Shown here piece by piece: positions 9,373-19,810 of a DNA stretch of 64,000 nucleotides. The position numbers and the translations under genes are program-made. The notes beneath the pieces are model-generated. The model searched no databases, was not told the origin of the DNA, and was given only the letters and a program-made list of their open reading frames with translations. Every line of letters starts with the position of its first letter. Position 1 is the first letter of the stretch. This DNA is from Candidatus Giovannonibacteria bacterium (GTDB lineage Bacteria > Patescibacteriota > Minisyncoccia > UBA11713 > 2-01-FULL-45-33), in NCBI GenBank assembly GCA_016176295.1, contig JACOXN010000006.1, positions 18,466-82,465 on the forward strand. The letters are read 5' to 3'.

Positions 9373-11265
9373 ATGAACACGGAAAACTCACTAAATTCTA
9401 AGCAAAAAGAAGCCGTGGAGGCAACCGAAGGTCCGGTTCTTGTTGTCGCGGGCGCGGGGGCCGGAAAAACCAAAGTCATCACCGAAAGAATTAAGCTCCT
9501 CATGAAAAATGGAGTGCCGCCGGAAGAAATCATTGCGGTCACTTTCACTAACAAAGCGGCGGGAGAAATGAAAGCAAGAACTATTGAACAAAATTCGGAT
9601 ATTAAAAAATTTCGGCTGCCGTTCATCGGCACTTTCCACGCGCTCGGGCTTCTTATGATGAAAGAGAATGCCAAAAAATTGGGACTCTCGGGGCGTTTTA
9701 CTATAATTGACGAGGACGACTCGATAAAACTAGTGAAGGAAAGTGTATTGGAACTGAATCTGGATATAAAACAATTCGACCCTTCCAGAATGAAGCATCA
9801 GATATCTTCTTTTAAAAATAAGCTAGTGGAACAGGAAGAATGCGCCGAAGAAGGATATTTCGGCGAAATCTTGTGTAAAATATGGCAGCTTTACGAAAAA
9901 AAAACCAAAGCGCAAGAATTCCTGGATTTTGACGACCTGATATTAAAACCGACGCGCCTTTTGATGCGGGACAAAAATACCCTTGAAAAATACCAGAACA
10001 GATGGCGATACATCCATGTCGACGAATACCAGGATACCAACGAAGCGCAATACATGCTTTCCAAACTTCTGAGCGCCAAGCACAGGAATATTTTTGTAGT
10101 GGGGGACATTGACCAGGCCATCTATAGCTGGCGCGGGGCGGATTTCAGGAATGTTTTGAGCTTCCAGCAAGATTATCCGGATGCCAAAATAATCACCCTG
10201 GAAGAAAATTACCGCTCAACGGACATAATTCTCGAGGCGGCCAACGCCGTGATAATAAACAATAAGATGCGGGTCCCCAAGAACTTGTGGACCAAAAAAA
10301 CCGGGCGCGAAAAAATAAAAATTATGGTGGCGGAAGACGAAAAAATAGAAGCGGAAACAGTGGCTTTCGAGATACTTACTTTAAAAAGAGGACGCATTCC
10401 GGCGCTCGAAATGGCCGTCCTGTACCGGACCAACGCCCAGTCGCGCGCCATTGAAGAAGCTCTTTTGTCGCATAACATCGCCTATCGCATCGTAGGCGGG
10501 GTTCGCTTTTACGAAAGACGGGAAATAAAGGACCTGCTGGCCTATGTGAGACTTGTGCAAAACCCCCAAGATGAAATTAGCAGAAAAAGGATACTAAACG
10601 TTCCTGCGAGGGGAATAGGGAAGACCCTGGCCACGAAAATTTTTGGAAAAACAATTCCCTTAAAACCCGAGGAAGAGAAAAAAATAAAGGATTTTGAAGC
10701 TCTGATTGACGACCTGCGCAAAACTTCGGCTGAGAAAAAACCTTTCGAATTTTTGCGCTACGCTGTCCAAAAGACCGGCTACCGAAGATACATCGAGGAC
10801 GGCACGGAAAAAGGCATGGACAGATGGCAAAACGTTGAAGAGCTGATAGCGATTTCAAGGAAAAATGAGGATTTGGAGGAATTTTTGGAACATGTTTCGC
10901 TTTTTTCGGCCGAAGATGTTTATGAACCGGAGGATGGTTCGGGTAAGGTAAACCTTATGACCATTCACTCTTCGAAAGGGCTAGAATTCGAGGCAGTATT
11001 CGTGGTAGGCATGGAAGAAGGTCTTTTCCCTCACGTGTTATCCCTTGATGCCACAGACTTGGAAGAAGAAAGGAGACTCTGCTACGTGGCCATAACCCGC
11101 GCCAAAACGAAACTTTACCTTTCACTCGCCGCCCGGCGCGCAATATTCGGAGAACGAATATCCAACATGCCTTCGCGTTTTTTAAAAGAATTCCCGGAAC
11201 ATCTCCTGGAATACCAGGAGATGTTCCCGCCGGATGGCGGACTGCCGGAAATCATTATTGAATAA
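9373..11265 (+). CDS. uvrD: UvrD/PcrA-type superfamily 1 DNA helicase
   Basis: Walker A AGAGAGKT, DEYQDTN, YRS, and a VAITRAK C-terminal motif. Confidence 0.9.
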   Translation: MNTENSLNSKQKEAVEATEGPVLVVAGAGAGKTKVITERIKLLMKNGVPPEEIIAVTFTNKAAGEMKARTIEQNSDIKKFRLPFIGTFHALGLLMMKENAKKLGLSGRFTIIDEDDSIKLVKESVLELNLDIKQFDPSRMKHQISSFKNKLVEQEECAEEGYFGEILCKIWQLYEKKTKAQEFLDFDDLILKPTRLLMRDKNTLEKYQNRWRYIHVDEYQDTNEAQYMLSKLLSAKHRNIFVVGDIDQAIYSWRGADFRNVLSFQQDYPDAKIITLEENYRSTDIILEAANAVIINNKMRVPKNLWTKKTGREKIKIMVAEDEKIEAETVAFEILTLKRGRIPALEMAVLYRTNAQSRAIEEALLSHNIAYRIVGGVRFYERREIKDLLAYVRLVQNPQDEISRKRILNVPARGIGKTLATKIFGKTIPLKPEEEKKIKDFEALIDDLRKTSAEKKPFEFLRYAVQKTGYRRYIEDGTEKGMDRWQNVEELIAISRKNEDLEEFLEHVSLFSAEDVYEPEDGSGKVNLMTIHSSKGLEFEAVFVVGMEEGLFPHVLSLDATDLEEERRLCYVAITRAKTKLYLSLAARRAIFGERISNMPSRFLKEFPEHLLEYQEMFPPDGGLPEIIIE

Positions 11266-11345
11266 CACCTCCCCACGCCCCTCCTTAGTAAAGAGGGGAA
11301 ATCAAAAGTTCCTCCCCTTTACAAGGGGAGGGTTGGGAAGGGTAA
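11266..11345. repeat. Two adjacent degenerate copies of the nested palindromic repeat family
   Basis: ACACCTCCCCACG-CCCCTCcttagtaaaGAGGGG, then CCTCCCCTT-TAC-AAGGGGAGG-GTTGGGAAGGGT. Architecture matches the copies at 26094 and 41499. Confidence 0.6.
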
Positions 11346-11355
11346 AGTATAAACA

Positions 11356-11990
11356 ATGTTAAAACCAAACAAAAGATTAGGCCAACACTTTTTAAAGAAT
11401 GCCAAAATTCTGGAAGAAATTGCAGATTCAGCTGAACTGACCAAAAGTGACACCGTCTTGGAAGTAGGACCGGGCACGGGAACCCTCACGGAAGTTTTGG
11501 CTGTAGGGACAAAAAAAGTTATCGCAGTGGAAAAAGACCGGAACTTGATTCCGATTTTGCGGGAAAAATTCAAAAACACTAAAAACGTGGAAATAATCGA
11601 GGGAGATATTTTAAAATTAACCTCACCCCTGGCCCCTCTCCTTACGAAGGAGAGGGGGTTTAAGGTCGTCGCCAACATCCCTTATTACATAACGTCAAAG
11701 CCTACGGAAAGCCCAAAATAGTGAGGAACGTTTCGAAAAATTTTTTCAGCCCTCCGCCCAAAATGGATTCAGCTGTGATAAAAATAGACGAAATATCGGA
11801 CAAATGGTTCAAAAACAACAAAATCCCGGAAGAAAAATTTTTTGAGGTATTGCATGCGGCTTTCCGTCAAAAAAGAAAGATGTTAAGGCATTCTCTCAGT
11901 AAAACATATAAAATACCGCCGGAATTTGCAGAAAAACGTCCGGAGAAACTCCGCCTTGAGGACTGGCTTAGTATATTTCGAGTAAAATAA
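11356..11990 (+). pseudogene. rsmA: 16S rRNA dimethyladenosine transferase RsmA/KsgA, disrupted (internal deletion plus frameshift)
   Basis: ORF1 11356..11721 (GQHFL, EVGPGTGTLT, NIPYYITS) stops. ORF2 11721..11990 in another frame resumes at (A)YGKPKIVRNVSKNFFSPPPKMDSAV. The roughly 55 residues normally between these motifs are absent. Confidence 0.7.
11619..11657. repeat. Nested palindromic repeat copy inside the rsmA reading frame
   Basis: AACCTCACCC...CCCCTCTCCTT-ACG-AAGGAGAGGGG (11-bp stem). Translated in frame as TSPLAPLLTKERG. Confidence 0.7.
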
Positions 11991-11993
11991 TTT

Positions 11994-13253
11994 TTATCCG
12001 CAACCGCAAATTCCTGAGGCGGGATCCCAAATGGCATTTGGTTTACCGCCGCAGACTTTATTAAGACATCCCAGCTGTATATCGCAGCCGCTTCCATTAG
12101 TACCGCAGTCATTTACAAACCTCCATCGGCAGCGACTGCGATGCCGTAGACCGCAATTGCAGCAAAAAGTTGACCCGTTAAAACCCAGAATCTGGTTCCC
12201 AGGATCGTCGTCTTTATAGCAATCCGGGCTCCTTACCCATGCCGCATTGGCCGGTTCCGCCACAAAAAACACGTATTTCAGTCCGTCCAATATGTCCATT
12301 ACGGCTTCGCGGGTGTTGCCCGCAGCGGCAAGCTGCTGCCCGCCGGGCAAAATAAGACTTTGCGGCTCACCTTGTCTTATGAATCTTTTTTCTTCCTCAA
12401 CCAAAGCCGGCAAAATTTCCCTTAAACCTTTCTGAAAATTGCGATAATCGGTTTCGGTTATGTAGCCTTGTTTATACGCCTGATCCAAAATGACTTCATA
12501 AGCCTTATAAATATCTTCGTCCGTGGAAAAACTGGTAATACGCTGCGCATCGGGAATGGCCCAATTAAAATTCGGCGCGCTTTCTTCCTGCACTTCGTCC
12601 AAACCGCGATCCACAAATACGTTTTCAGCTCCCGCCGCCAGCGTGCCATCTAAAATAACCAGATTTTGGGTATCCGTTAGGTATTTTCTGTATACATCGG
12701 GCCAGATCTTTTTAAAAACTTCTTCGTCCGAAAGAAAAGAGTTTTCTGCCGGTACCGTTATTCCCTGGGTCTGAAAAACTGACGTATTTAGAACATTACC
12801 CATGAATTTTTGGCTGCTATCCAGAAAACTCGAGATCGGATCCTGAATTTGGGAGTTACTTTCGACAAACAGCGTATCGGAAAACAAAGTTTCAGAACTT
12901 AGATTGGGCCAAAAAAAGGTGCCGGAATTTTGTTCTGGTTCAGAAAACAAAAACGGCTTATCCTTGACTGCGGAAGAGCCGGGTTCCGCAAATAAGGACG
13001 GAAAGTCTTCTGAGAGAGAGGGATCGGGTACCGCGGTACAAGCGGGGCTGTTCGGATCAAATTCAGCCGTACTTGAGGCGTACGGACAGATTTCCGACGC
13101 CTTTTTCGGCAAAATTAGGGTATTTAAAGGCGCTTCGGGTAAGGAAAGGCTTTCTGCCGGAGCGCTTTTTTTGCCGGTTTCGAGCGTCATTAAAAAAATA
13201 AGAGCGGCAAGCAGTAAAACTGAACTTAAAATCAGCCATTTTTTGGACATCAT
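11994..13253 (-). CDS. Secreted or membrane-anchored protein with a Cys-rich C-terminal domain
   Basis: N-terminal hydrophobic anchor MMSKKWLILSSVLLLAALIFL. The last ~80 aa hold 15 Cys (FCCNCG...CGTNGSGCDIQLGC...GICGCG). It is divergent from the T4SS-like cluster. Confidence 0.6.
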   Translation of the reverse strand: MMSKKWLILSSVLLLAALIFLMTLETGKKSAPAESLSLPEAPLNTLILPKKASEICPYASSTAEFDPNSPACTAVPDPSLSEDFPSLFAEPGSSAVKDKPFLFSEPEQNSGTFFWPNLSSETLFSDTLFVESNSQIQDPISSFLDSSQKFMGNVLNTSVFQTQGITVPAENSFLSDEEVFKKIWPDVYRKYLTDTQNLVILDGTLAAGAENVFVDRGLDEVQEESAPNFNWAIPDAQRITSFSTDEDIYKAYEVILDQAYKQGYITETDYRNFQKGLREILPALVEEEKRFIRQGEPQSLILPGGQQLAAAGNTREAVMDILDGLKYVFFVAEPANAAWVRSPDCYKDDDPGNQILGFNGSTFCCNCGLRHRSRCRWRFVNDCGTNGSGCDIQLGCLNKVCGGKPNAIWDPASGICGCG

Positions 13254-13335
13254 ATGAGTAGATTATACACCTAATGTTATGCACATGGAATAAAAATCAG
13301 TTAAGCCTGAAAAATGCTAAAATATTAATAGCACA

Positions 13336-14373
13336 ATGGATTACTTACCTAGCAAAAAATTTATAGTTTTAGCCGCTTCCGCCGCAACGGTTATACTTGC
13401 CGGCTGGGCCGCTTATTATATCTGGAATTTACCGGTAGGGCCTGCAAAATTGGCTGAAAACGAGGTGGACAACAATACTCAATTTCTGGATGCTTACGCC
13501 GACGCGGAATTGGATACCGATAAGGACGGTTTGAAAGATTGGGAAGAGCTTCTGTGGAAAACCGACCCGCAAAAGGGCGACTCAGATGGTGACGGCACGG
13601 TTGACGGGGAGGAAATAGCCGCGGGGAGAGATCCCTCCATCGCGGGGCCGAAAGATAAATTGCCGAAACCCGAGGAATTGGCGGCCGTAACCGGCACCGA
13701 CACCCCCATGACACTTACCGGTAAAATCGCCAGGGATTTTGTAGCCGAATATTTTTCGCAAAAAGGCGCGGCCGGAGGAGGAGCTATCGCCCAGGCAGTC
13801 AAAAATAAGATAGAGAGTTCGGTTTTCTTCCAGGTCCAAAAGGGAGTTGCGGCTTACTCCGATGTTTTCACCATGAAAGATGTGAAAAAATCCGACAGCG
13901 CTGACACAAGAAAATATTTGAACGACTTGGGAAAAATTTTGGACGTAAATTTTAAAAACATAACCGAATCGGAATCTGACATTATGAACTCCGTTGCTGA
14001 ATCCAATGATTTTACGAAACTGGATGCTCTTGATGATTACATGACCGCTTACTCAAAGACGGTAAAATCCATGCAAAATCTCACAGTTCCAACCGCATAT
14101 TCAGCGCTCCACCTTACTCTCCTTAATTCCATGCAGAACACCTTTTATGCCGCCCAAAACATGAAACTTTTGAAAGACGACCCCATCCGCGGGTTGATAG
14201 GGTTCCAACTTTACAGCAAGGAAGTGGGCCGAGCGCGAGAATATTTAATAGATCTGAAAGCAAAGGTGGAAAAAGATATAATTGTTTTTAGTGATTCCGA
14301 ATCAGGTTCCTTTTTTAACCAATATTTTGAAAAATTAAACGAGGCCGAAAAAAATAATTTAATAAATCAATAA
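13336..14373 (+). CDS. Membrane-anchored protein with thrombospondin-type-3-like Ca-binding repeats
   Basis: TM anchor, then DTDKDGLKDWEE...DSDGDGTVDGEE repeats. Confidence 0.6.
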   Translation: MDYLPSKKFIVLAASAATVILAGWAAYYIWNLPVGPAKLAENEVDNNTQFLDAYADAELDTDKDGLKDWEELLWKTDPQKGDSDGDGTVDGEEIAAGRDPSIAGPKDKLPKPEELAAVTGTDTPMTLTGKIARDFVAEYFSQKGAAGGGAIAQAVKNKIESSVFFQVQKGVAAYSDVFTMKDVKKSDSADTRKYLNDLGKILDVNFKNITESESDIMNSVAESNDFTKLDALDDYMTAYSKTVKSMQNLTVPTAYSALHLTLLNSMQNTFYAAQNMKLLKDDPIRGLIGFQLYSKEVGRAREYLIDLKAKVEKDIIVFSDSESGSFFNQYFEKLNEAEKNNLINQ

Positions 14374-14374
14374 T

Positions 14375-15691
14375 ATGGGTTTTCATTTGAACAAACAATT
14401 TAAAATAACCGTTCTGAGTTTGATATTGGCCATGACTATCGGAGGGAACTTCGCCCACGCCACAGTTCCGACGTTTGACACTGGGCTTAATCCGAAAATG
14501 GATATTCTCCTCTGTATCATGGCTGGGATTTATAAAAAAGAAGTTGGCGACCCGCCCGCTGGAGCATGTAAGGGAGGCTCCAGTATATTAAGCGGCGTTT
14601 TGGGCAGTGTTTTAGGCAGTGGGGGCTCTGGCAGCATATTTAATACCGGTAGCTCATTTCTAGACACCCTGGCTAATAAAGGATTTTCGGTGGTGGATAG
14701 CTTTGTTTCGCAAGTAACGTCTCTTTCCTACGATGAAATAGCCTGGAACATTTCAAAGTATGTATTGCATTTATTTTCCCAGCAGATAATCCAATGGGTG
14801 AGAACCGGCAATATCGGGGGCACGCCGCTTTTCGTAACAGATTGGGACCAATTTTTACTCGGTGCTGCCGACAAAGCCAGTGGGCTTTTCCTGAATGAAC
14901 TAGGAATAACCAATCTCTGCGAACCTTTCGGGACACAAATAAAGCAAGTTATATCCGGCGGGCCGGCCGGGAGGCCGAGCCAGCGAGCGCCATACAGCCA
15001 AAGAGCGGCCTGCACCGTTACCGGCGTGGCAAACAACGTTCAGGGCTTATTCACTGATTTTGCGGGCGCCGGAGGAGGCTGGGAAAAATGGGGGGAAGTT
15101 GTATCAGACTTACAAAACAACCCTTTCGGCCAATATTTGATCGGAATGGAAGAAAAACAGGAAAGAGAAATGCGCGCTGTCCAGGCCAATAACACCGAGG
15201 CCAAATCCGCGAACGGTTTCCTCGCTACGAGAGTCTGCAGTTTGATACAAACCGGCGGAGTTTCTACGGGAGAAAAATGCACTCTCCAGACGCCGGGTAA
15301 AGCTGTTGAAGAAACCCTGGCAAAAGTTTTGGGCTCGGAAATAGAACAGCTGAACCTGGCCGATGAACTGGATGAAATTTTGGCTGTTGTTCTGCAAAAA
15401 CTTTTAAGCAGTGTCTTATTCGGCAACGGCGGTTTGCTGTCTGCCAACATCACAAGCAGTAACGCCGGAAACAGCAGCGGAGGCGGCAGTAGCGGTGGCG
15501 GTATTCCGCCGCCTCCTCCCCCTCCTCCTCCATTTACAGGCGGTACGTGTAACTTCAACTCGATTTGCGACTCCGGGGAAACGGCCGCAAGTTGTGCTTC
15601 TGATTGCGCCGCAGGAGGAGGTTCCAGCAGCAGTAGCAGCGGCGGTGGTATTCCGCCGCCGCCTCCTCCACCTCCTCCTCCGGGCCCTTAA
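14375..15691 (+). CDS. Secreted protein with two polyproline tracts flanking a small Cys-rich module
   Basis: Signal peptide. GGGIPPPPPPPPP occurs twice, separated by GGTCNFNSICDSGETAASCASDC. Confidence 0.6.
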   Translation: MGFHLNKQFKITVLSLILAMTIGGNFAHATVPTFDTGLNPKMDILLCIMAGIYKKEVGDPPAGACKGGSSILSGVLGSVLGSGGSGSIFNTGSSFLDTLANKGFSVVDSFVSQVTSLSYDEIAWNISKYVLHLFSQQIIQWVRTGNIGGTPLFVTDWDQFLLGAADKASGLFLNELGITNLCEPFGTQIKQVISGGPAGRPSQRAPYSQRAACTVTGVANNVQGLFTDFAGAGGGWEKWGEVVSDLQNNPFGQYLIGMEEKQEREMRAVQANNTEAKSANGFLATRVCSLIQTGGVSTGEKCTLQTPGKAVEETLAKVLGSEIEQLNLADELDEILAVVLQKLLSSVLFGNGGLLSANITSSNAGNSSGGGSSGGGIPPPPPPPPPFTGGTCNFNSICDSGETAASCASDCAAGGGSSSSSSGGGIPPPPPPPPPPGP

Positions 15692-15703
15692 TTAAAATTT
15701 ATT

Positions 15704-16096
15704 ATGTTCCGAGAACAAAAACCTACCAATGACAACATAGTGACGCTTTGGACGGTCCTGATAATAATTGGGGCCGTCGTGGCCTATTTAAGTTTTTCGG
15801 GGTGGTTTTTTGATTTTTCAAAAGAATCGGCGAAAACCATTTTGAAAAATATTTTTCCTTCCGCAAAAGATGTTGAGGTGGCGCCGCTCAAATCTACACT
15901 AAGCGCGGAGGAGCGCGTTCCGGCACCGTCTACCCCGCCAGCTTTTCCAAGCGCCGCTTCCTCCAAGCCGACATCCATACCTTCACCAACCTCGGCCCCA
16001 TCCGGCGGATTAAAATCTCCGCCAGCTGGCGGATCCGAACAAAATAAGGAAGCTTTGCCGCCTCCTCCTCCTCCGCCACCGCCACCTAGTTTATAA
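15704..16096 (+). CDS. Small membrane-anchored Pro-rich protein ending in P10
   Basis: One TM helix, a Pro/Ser-rich tail, and a C-terminal PPPPPPPPPPSL. Confidence 0.5.
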   Translation: MFREQKPTNDNIVTLWTVLIIIGAVVAYLSFSGWFFDFSKESAKTILKNIFPSAKDVEVAPLKSTLSAEERVPAPSTPPAFPSAASSKPTSIPSPTSAPSGGLKSPPAGGSEQNKEALPPPPPPPPPPSL

Positions 16097-16100
16097 AAAA

Positions 16101-18968
16101 ATGACAGACAGAAAAAAAATCAATAACATATCAAGGACGCTAGCGCTGTTAATTCTTTTTAGCGTGTTCCTCTGGAATGTAAACCTTGTCTCGCCCGCAA
16201 ACGCCCAAACTCCTCCAAGCGGAACTGCGTACTCTGACAGCCTCCTTACAGAACAAGGGGACGTGGGAGGATACATTGCCAAGGGTTTTTTGTGGGGTTT
16301 AAACGGTATTTTGACATCCGTGCTCTTTTTCGAAGCAAGACTGGTTGAAATGGCCGGGCTTTTTTTCGACGTAGCCATAGAAGCCAACCTTAAGCCTATA
16401 AGCCGGGTGGATGCCATAGTTGTGGGCTGGAACATCTCGCGGAGCGTAGCCAACATTTTTTTTATCATCGTCCTTTTAGTCATTGCCATAGCGACCATTC
16501 TGCGCCTTCAAAGCTACCAGGCCAAAGCGTTGCTTCCAAAACTTATCGTTATTGCCCTTCTTATTAATTTCAGCCTCTCGATAGGCTATTTTCTGATAGA
16601 TTTCAGCAACGTGATGGGTTTGGGTTTTTATAACCAACTTGTAGCCAAAGGCAGTATATCTAATAACCTAATGGCTGGCACTGCTCTGTCCAATGTATTT
16701 AATATTAGGAGCGACACCGGCGGTTCGATAAGCCAAAGCCTGACCGCGTGGCTAACCTCAGGCACAATTACAGGCGGCGTAGTGGGCAGCACGGTTCCCG
16801 TCGTAGGTACCTTGATTGGTGGCATATCCGGAGCCGTCGTGGGAGCGATTGGCTGGACCTTGTTCGGAGGAGGCGTAAAATTTGCCGATGCCGCGATATA
16901 TTTTTACACGGTTTCCATGTCGGTCATTTACGTTATTCCGCTTATATTCGTCTTTATTTTCGGCGGCATATTGCTTTTTATACGTTTCGCGGTGCTGACT
17001 TTGCTATTAATACTGGCGCCCCTGGCATTCATAGGCTATATTCTGCCGGATACGGAAGGAAAACTGTGGAAAACCTGGTGGGATTCTTTTTTGAACCACG
17101 CATTTTTCTTTCCGGCGATGCTTTTCATGCTCTACATAAGTATACTCATTGTTAACTGGGTCAATGCCCAGCAATGGGCAGCAGCCCCCCAAAAAAATGT
17201 CGCTTTCTTTACTAATCTTTTTGTGGTGATAATTTTTCTCATCGGCTCTCTTATAGTCTCCAAAAAAATGGGAGTCGCCGGAGCAGGAACCGTCTTGGGC
17301 TGGGCGACGAAGAGTAAAAAATACTTAACCGGCTACGCCGGAGGATTGGCAAAACGCAACCTGATAGCGCGCCCGGCCGCGGCCATACAAGACAAATATG
17401 GCGACAGATTGGAAGCCGGCGCCGCAACTTCCCGCACCACCAGACTTGCGTTAAGAGGCATCCAAACCGCGCAGAAAGCGGGCGGATACCAGGATAAGGT
17501 GAAACGCGACCTCGACTTCATCAGGACAATGGCTGCCAAGAACCAGGGTTCGGCGCTTCTTAAGATGCAAAAAGAAGAACCGAGGAAGTTCAAGATGGCG
17601 ATGGAGGAGGTATTCAAACCGAGGGATCTCGCGGAGATCTACGAAAAAGCCGAAGGCAAAGACCAAAAAGATATAAGAAGAATGCTCGACGATGAGGCAA
17701 CCACCAACTTAATGACCCCGGAAAACCGCGACAAATACTTCGAATCCCGCGTAAAAGTGGAAATGAAAGACATGAACCAGTACGCTAAGAATTTCCTGGA
17801 ACAATCCGGAAATATGCAGAAAGTCGGGCTGGAAACCATGAAAAAAGAGGACATACAAAAAATGGCCAATGTTTACTCTGATGACGCCGACAAGGAAAAA
17901 TTCGTCACTGCCATAAAGAATGCAAAGCCGGAAAAAATCAATGATGCCTTGAGCGTTCTTCCGCGGATGGCGGATAAAGCCGGTAAAACCATAGGGGAAA
18001 CCGTCGAAAAGATCGACTTTGAAAAAGGCAAGGAAGAAAACCTAACTGATCCACTGGTCATGGCGGAAATTGTCAAGAGAGCCGCTCCTAAAAATATCGG
18101 TAAGATTATTGAAAGAAATGATGAAGTTTCCAAAGAATATCTTAAAGGATTACACGGAATGTTCGTGACGGCGGGCAACGACTACAATAAATTAGCCGAA
18201 AAATTTGAATCCGAAAACAATATAGCGATGGCAAACAAGATCAAAGGTTCTAAACAATTCAGGGAGTCGCTGGGGCTGGAGAATCCTCCTCCGTCGGGAG
18301 ACGCCGAAGCTGGCACGTCAAAAGGGCCTTCCGGTAAAACCCCGGGCGGAGGCACTCCGCCATCCGGAGGCGCGCCTTCAGGCAGCGGACCCGCAACCGC
18401 GCCTCCTCCTCCCGGATTTACAAAATCACCAACACTGGGGAGCACTATAGTCGTGCCGTCAACAGGTTTTGGCGGAGGGCCCAAAACTCTCGGAACCAGC
18501 GGAAAAACACCTACGCCCCAAACTCCTCCCCCGGCCACACCCCCACCCGCAACACCTCCGCCATCCACGCCACCGCCGGCTCCTCCCGCATCGCCTTCGT
18601 CCGCATACATACGCGGCGGGGCTCCGACGGCGGAGGAAGAAAGAAAATACAAAGAAGCCGAGACCAAACCCAAAACAAAAATTGAAAACCAGCCTGCAGA
18701 CAACCCCCCCGCTGCACCGGCCTCGAATTCAACCCCCTTGGAAATCAAAAAACTGCGCCAAGCAGTCACCGAATTGGGAGAAAATATCGAAAAAATCCCG
18801 AAAAATACATCCAACATAGGGCTCTACCAAAACAACAAAGAAACGGCCGCCCCTTCGCCGATAAAAATAATAGGGGAAAACTTAGACAAAGCAGAAGCCG
18901 AAAAACTGCGTAAAACCATAAATGAAGCCCAAAAGAAAAACGAAATCGAAAAAAATAACAAACAATAA
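16101..18968 (+). CDS. VirB6/TrbL-like polytopic membrane protein with a long charged, Pro-rich C-terminal extension
   Basis: Signal peptide and more than 6 predicted TM helices in the first ~430 aa. A roughly 500-aa Lys/Glu-rich and PPPATPPPATPPPSTPPPAPP region follows. Position is in the T4SS-like cluster. Confidence 0.55.
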   Translation: MTDRKKINNISRTLALLILFSVFLWNVNLVSPANAQTPPSGTAYSDSLLTEQGDVGGYIAKGFLWGLNGILTSVLFFEARLVEMAGLFFDVAIEANLKPISRVDAIVVGWNISRSVANIFFIIVLLVIAIATILRLQSYQAKALLPKLIVIALLINFSLSIGYFLIDFSNVMGLGFYNQLVAKGSISNNLMAGTALSNVFNIRSDTGGSISQSLTAWLTSGTITGGVVGSTVPVVGTLIGGISGAVVGAIGWTLFGGGVKFADAAIYFYTVSMSVIYVIPLIFVFIFGGILLFIRFAVLTLLLILAPLAFIGYILPDTEGKLWKTWWDSFLNHAFFFPAMLFMLYISILIVNWVNAQQWAAAPQKNVAFFTNLFVVIIFLIGSLIVSKKMGVAGAGTVLGWATKSKKYLTGYAGGLAKRNLIARPAAAIQDKYGDRLEAGAATSRTTRLALRGIQTAQKAGGYQDKVKRDLDFIRTMAAKNQGSALLKMQKEEPRKFKMAMEEVFKPRDLAEIYEKAEGKDQKDIRRMLDDEATTNLMTPENRDKYFESRVKVEMKDMNQYAKNFLEQSGNMQKVGLETMKKEDIQKMANVYSDDADKEKFVTAIKNAKPEKINDALSVLPRMADKAGKTIGETVEKIDFEKGKEENLTDPLVMAEIVKRAAPKNIGKIIERNDEVSKEYLKGLHGMFVTAGNDYNKLAEKFESENNIAMANKIKGSKQFRESLGLENPPPSGDAEAGTSKGPSGKTPGGGTPPSGGAPSGSGPATAPPPPGFTKSPTLGSTIVVPSTGFGGGPKTLGTSGKTPTPQTPPPATPPPATPPPSTPPPAPPASPSSAYIRGGAPTAEEERKYKEAETKPKTKIENQPADNPPAAPASNSTPLEIKKLRQAVTELGENIEKIPKNTSNIGLYQNNKETAAPSPIKIIGENLDKAEAEKLRKTINEAQKKNEIEKNNKQ

Positions 18969-18969
18969 C

Positions 18970-19797
18970 ATGCAACTATCACAAGAAGAATTAAACAACA
19001 AAATAAGGAACCTGCCGCAGGATCTGCGAGACGCTTTCTTTTCCGACGAAATAACCCAGGCTATGCAGGGATTGGGGAAAAAACACCAGCTGACGATAGA
19101 TAAAATGGGCGCCATGTATGAGGATGTAAACAATATTATTCTGGGTCTTGCTCATCCGAACGACTTTGTAAAACAATTATCGCAGCATCTCGAAGTTACT
19201 CCGGAAAAGGCGCGGCTGATCGCAGACGATATAAATAAAGCTATTTTCCAGCCTATCCGCGACTCTTTAAAAAAGGTCCATCATATGGAACCCGCCGAGC
19301 CTCCCAAACCGACAACGCCTCCGGTTCAGCCTATAAAACCGACCGGGCCGACCACGCCTTTAAGCCCACAGCCAGCGGAGGCGGTAAAAATAAACGATGC
19401 GAACGCAAAAAATAAACTACCGCCGATAAAAGAACTTCCGAAAGAAACCAGCATGCCGTTCTGGAAAAAACCGATAGTCCAGGACACTCCGATACCGACA
19501 CCAAAACCATCTATTCCGGATGTAAAAAAAATAATCCCTGCGCCGATAAGTTTAAGCGACGAAATTAAGACGATAAGTTTGGGCGAACAGCCCGCAAAGC
19601 CGAGGGCTGAGACAATATTTGCCAAACCGCTAACCCCTCCGGCATATACTTCACCGGCCGCCACTCCGGAACCCGCGAAAACCAAAACTCCAGCTGAACT
19701 TCAGAGTGATGATGACGCAGCGGCCGCCGCAAAAAAAGAACTTGAAAAAGTTCTGAATTACAGCGGAAAGGATCCTTATCGCGAATCTGTTGAATAA
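18970..19797 (+). CDS. Pro-rich hypothetical protein
   Basis: ATG lies 2 nt after the preceding stop (MQLSQEELNN...). The ORF-track start at 18922 overlaps the upstream gene. Confidence 0.5.
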   Translation: MQLSQEELNNKIRNLPQDLRDAFFSDEITQAMQGLGKKHQLTIDKMGAMYEDVNNIILGLAHPNDFVKQLSQHLEVTPEKARLIADDINKAIFQPIRDSLKKVHHMEPAEPPKPTTPPVQPIKPTGPTTPLSPQPAEAVKINDANAKNKLPPIKELPKETSMPFWKKPIVQDTPIPTPKPSIPDVKKIIPAPISLSDEIKTISLGEQPAKPRAETIFAKPLTPPAYTSPAATPEPAKTKTPAELQSDDDAAAAAKKELEKVLNYSGKDPYRESVE

Positions 19798-19810
19798 CCC
19801 ACCAGCCAAA

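Noticed and set aside
14955-14980. The GPAGRPS-coding GC-rich stretch in the 14375 gene, considered as another palindromic element copy.
   Set aside because: Only one arm loosely resembles the element; there are no convincing paired arms.
15480-16090. Repetitive CCG/CCT-rich DNA, considered as a possible CRISPR or tandem-repeat array.
   Set aside because: These are polyproline-coding runs inside ORFs. No repeat-spacer periodicity or cas genes are visible anywhere in the window.
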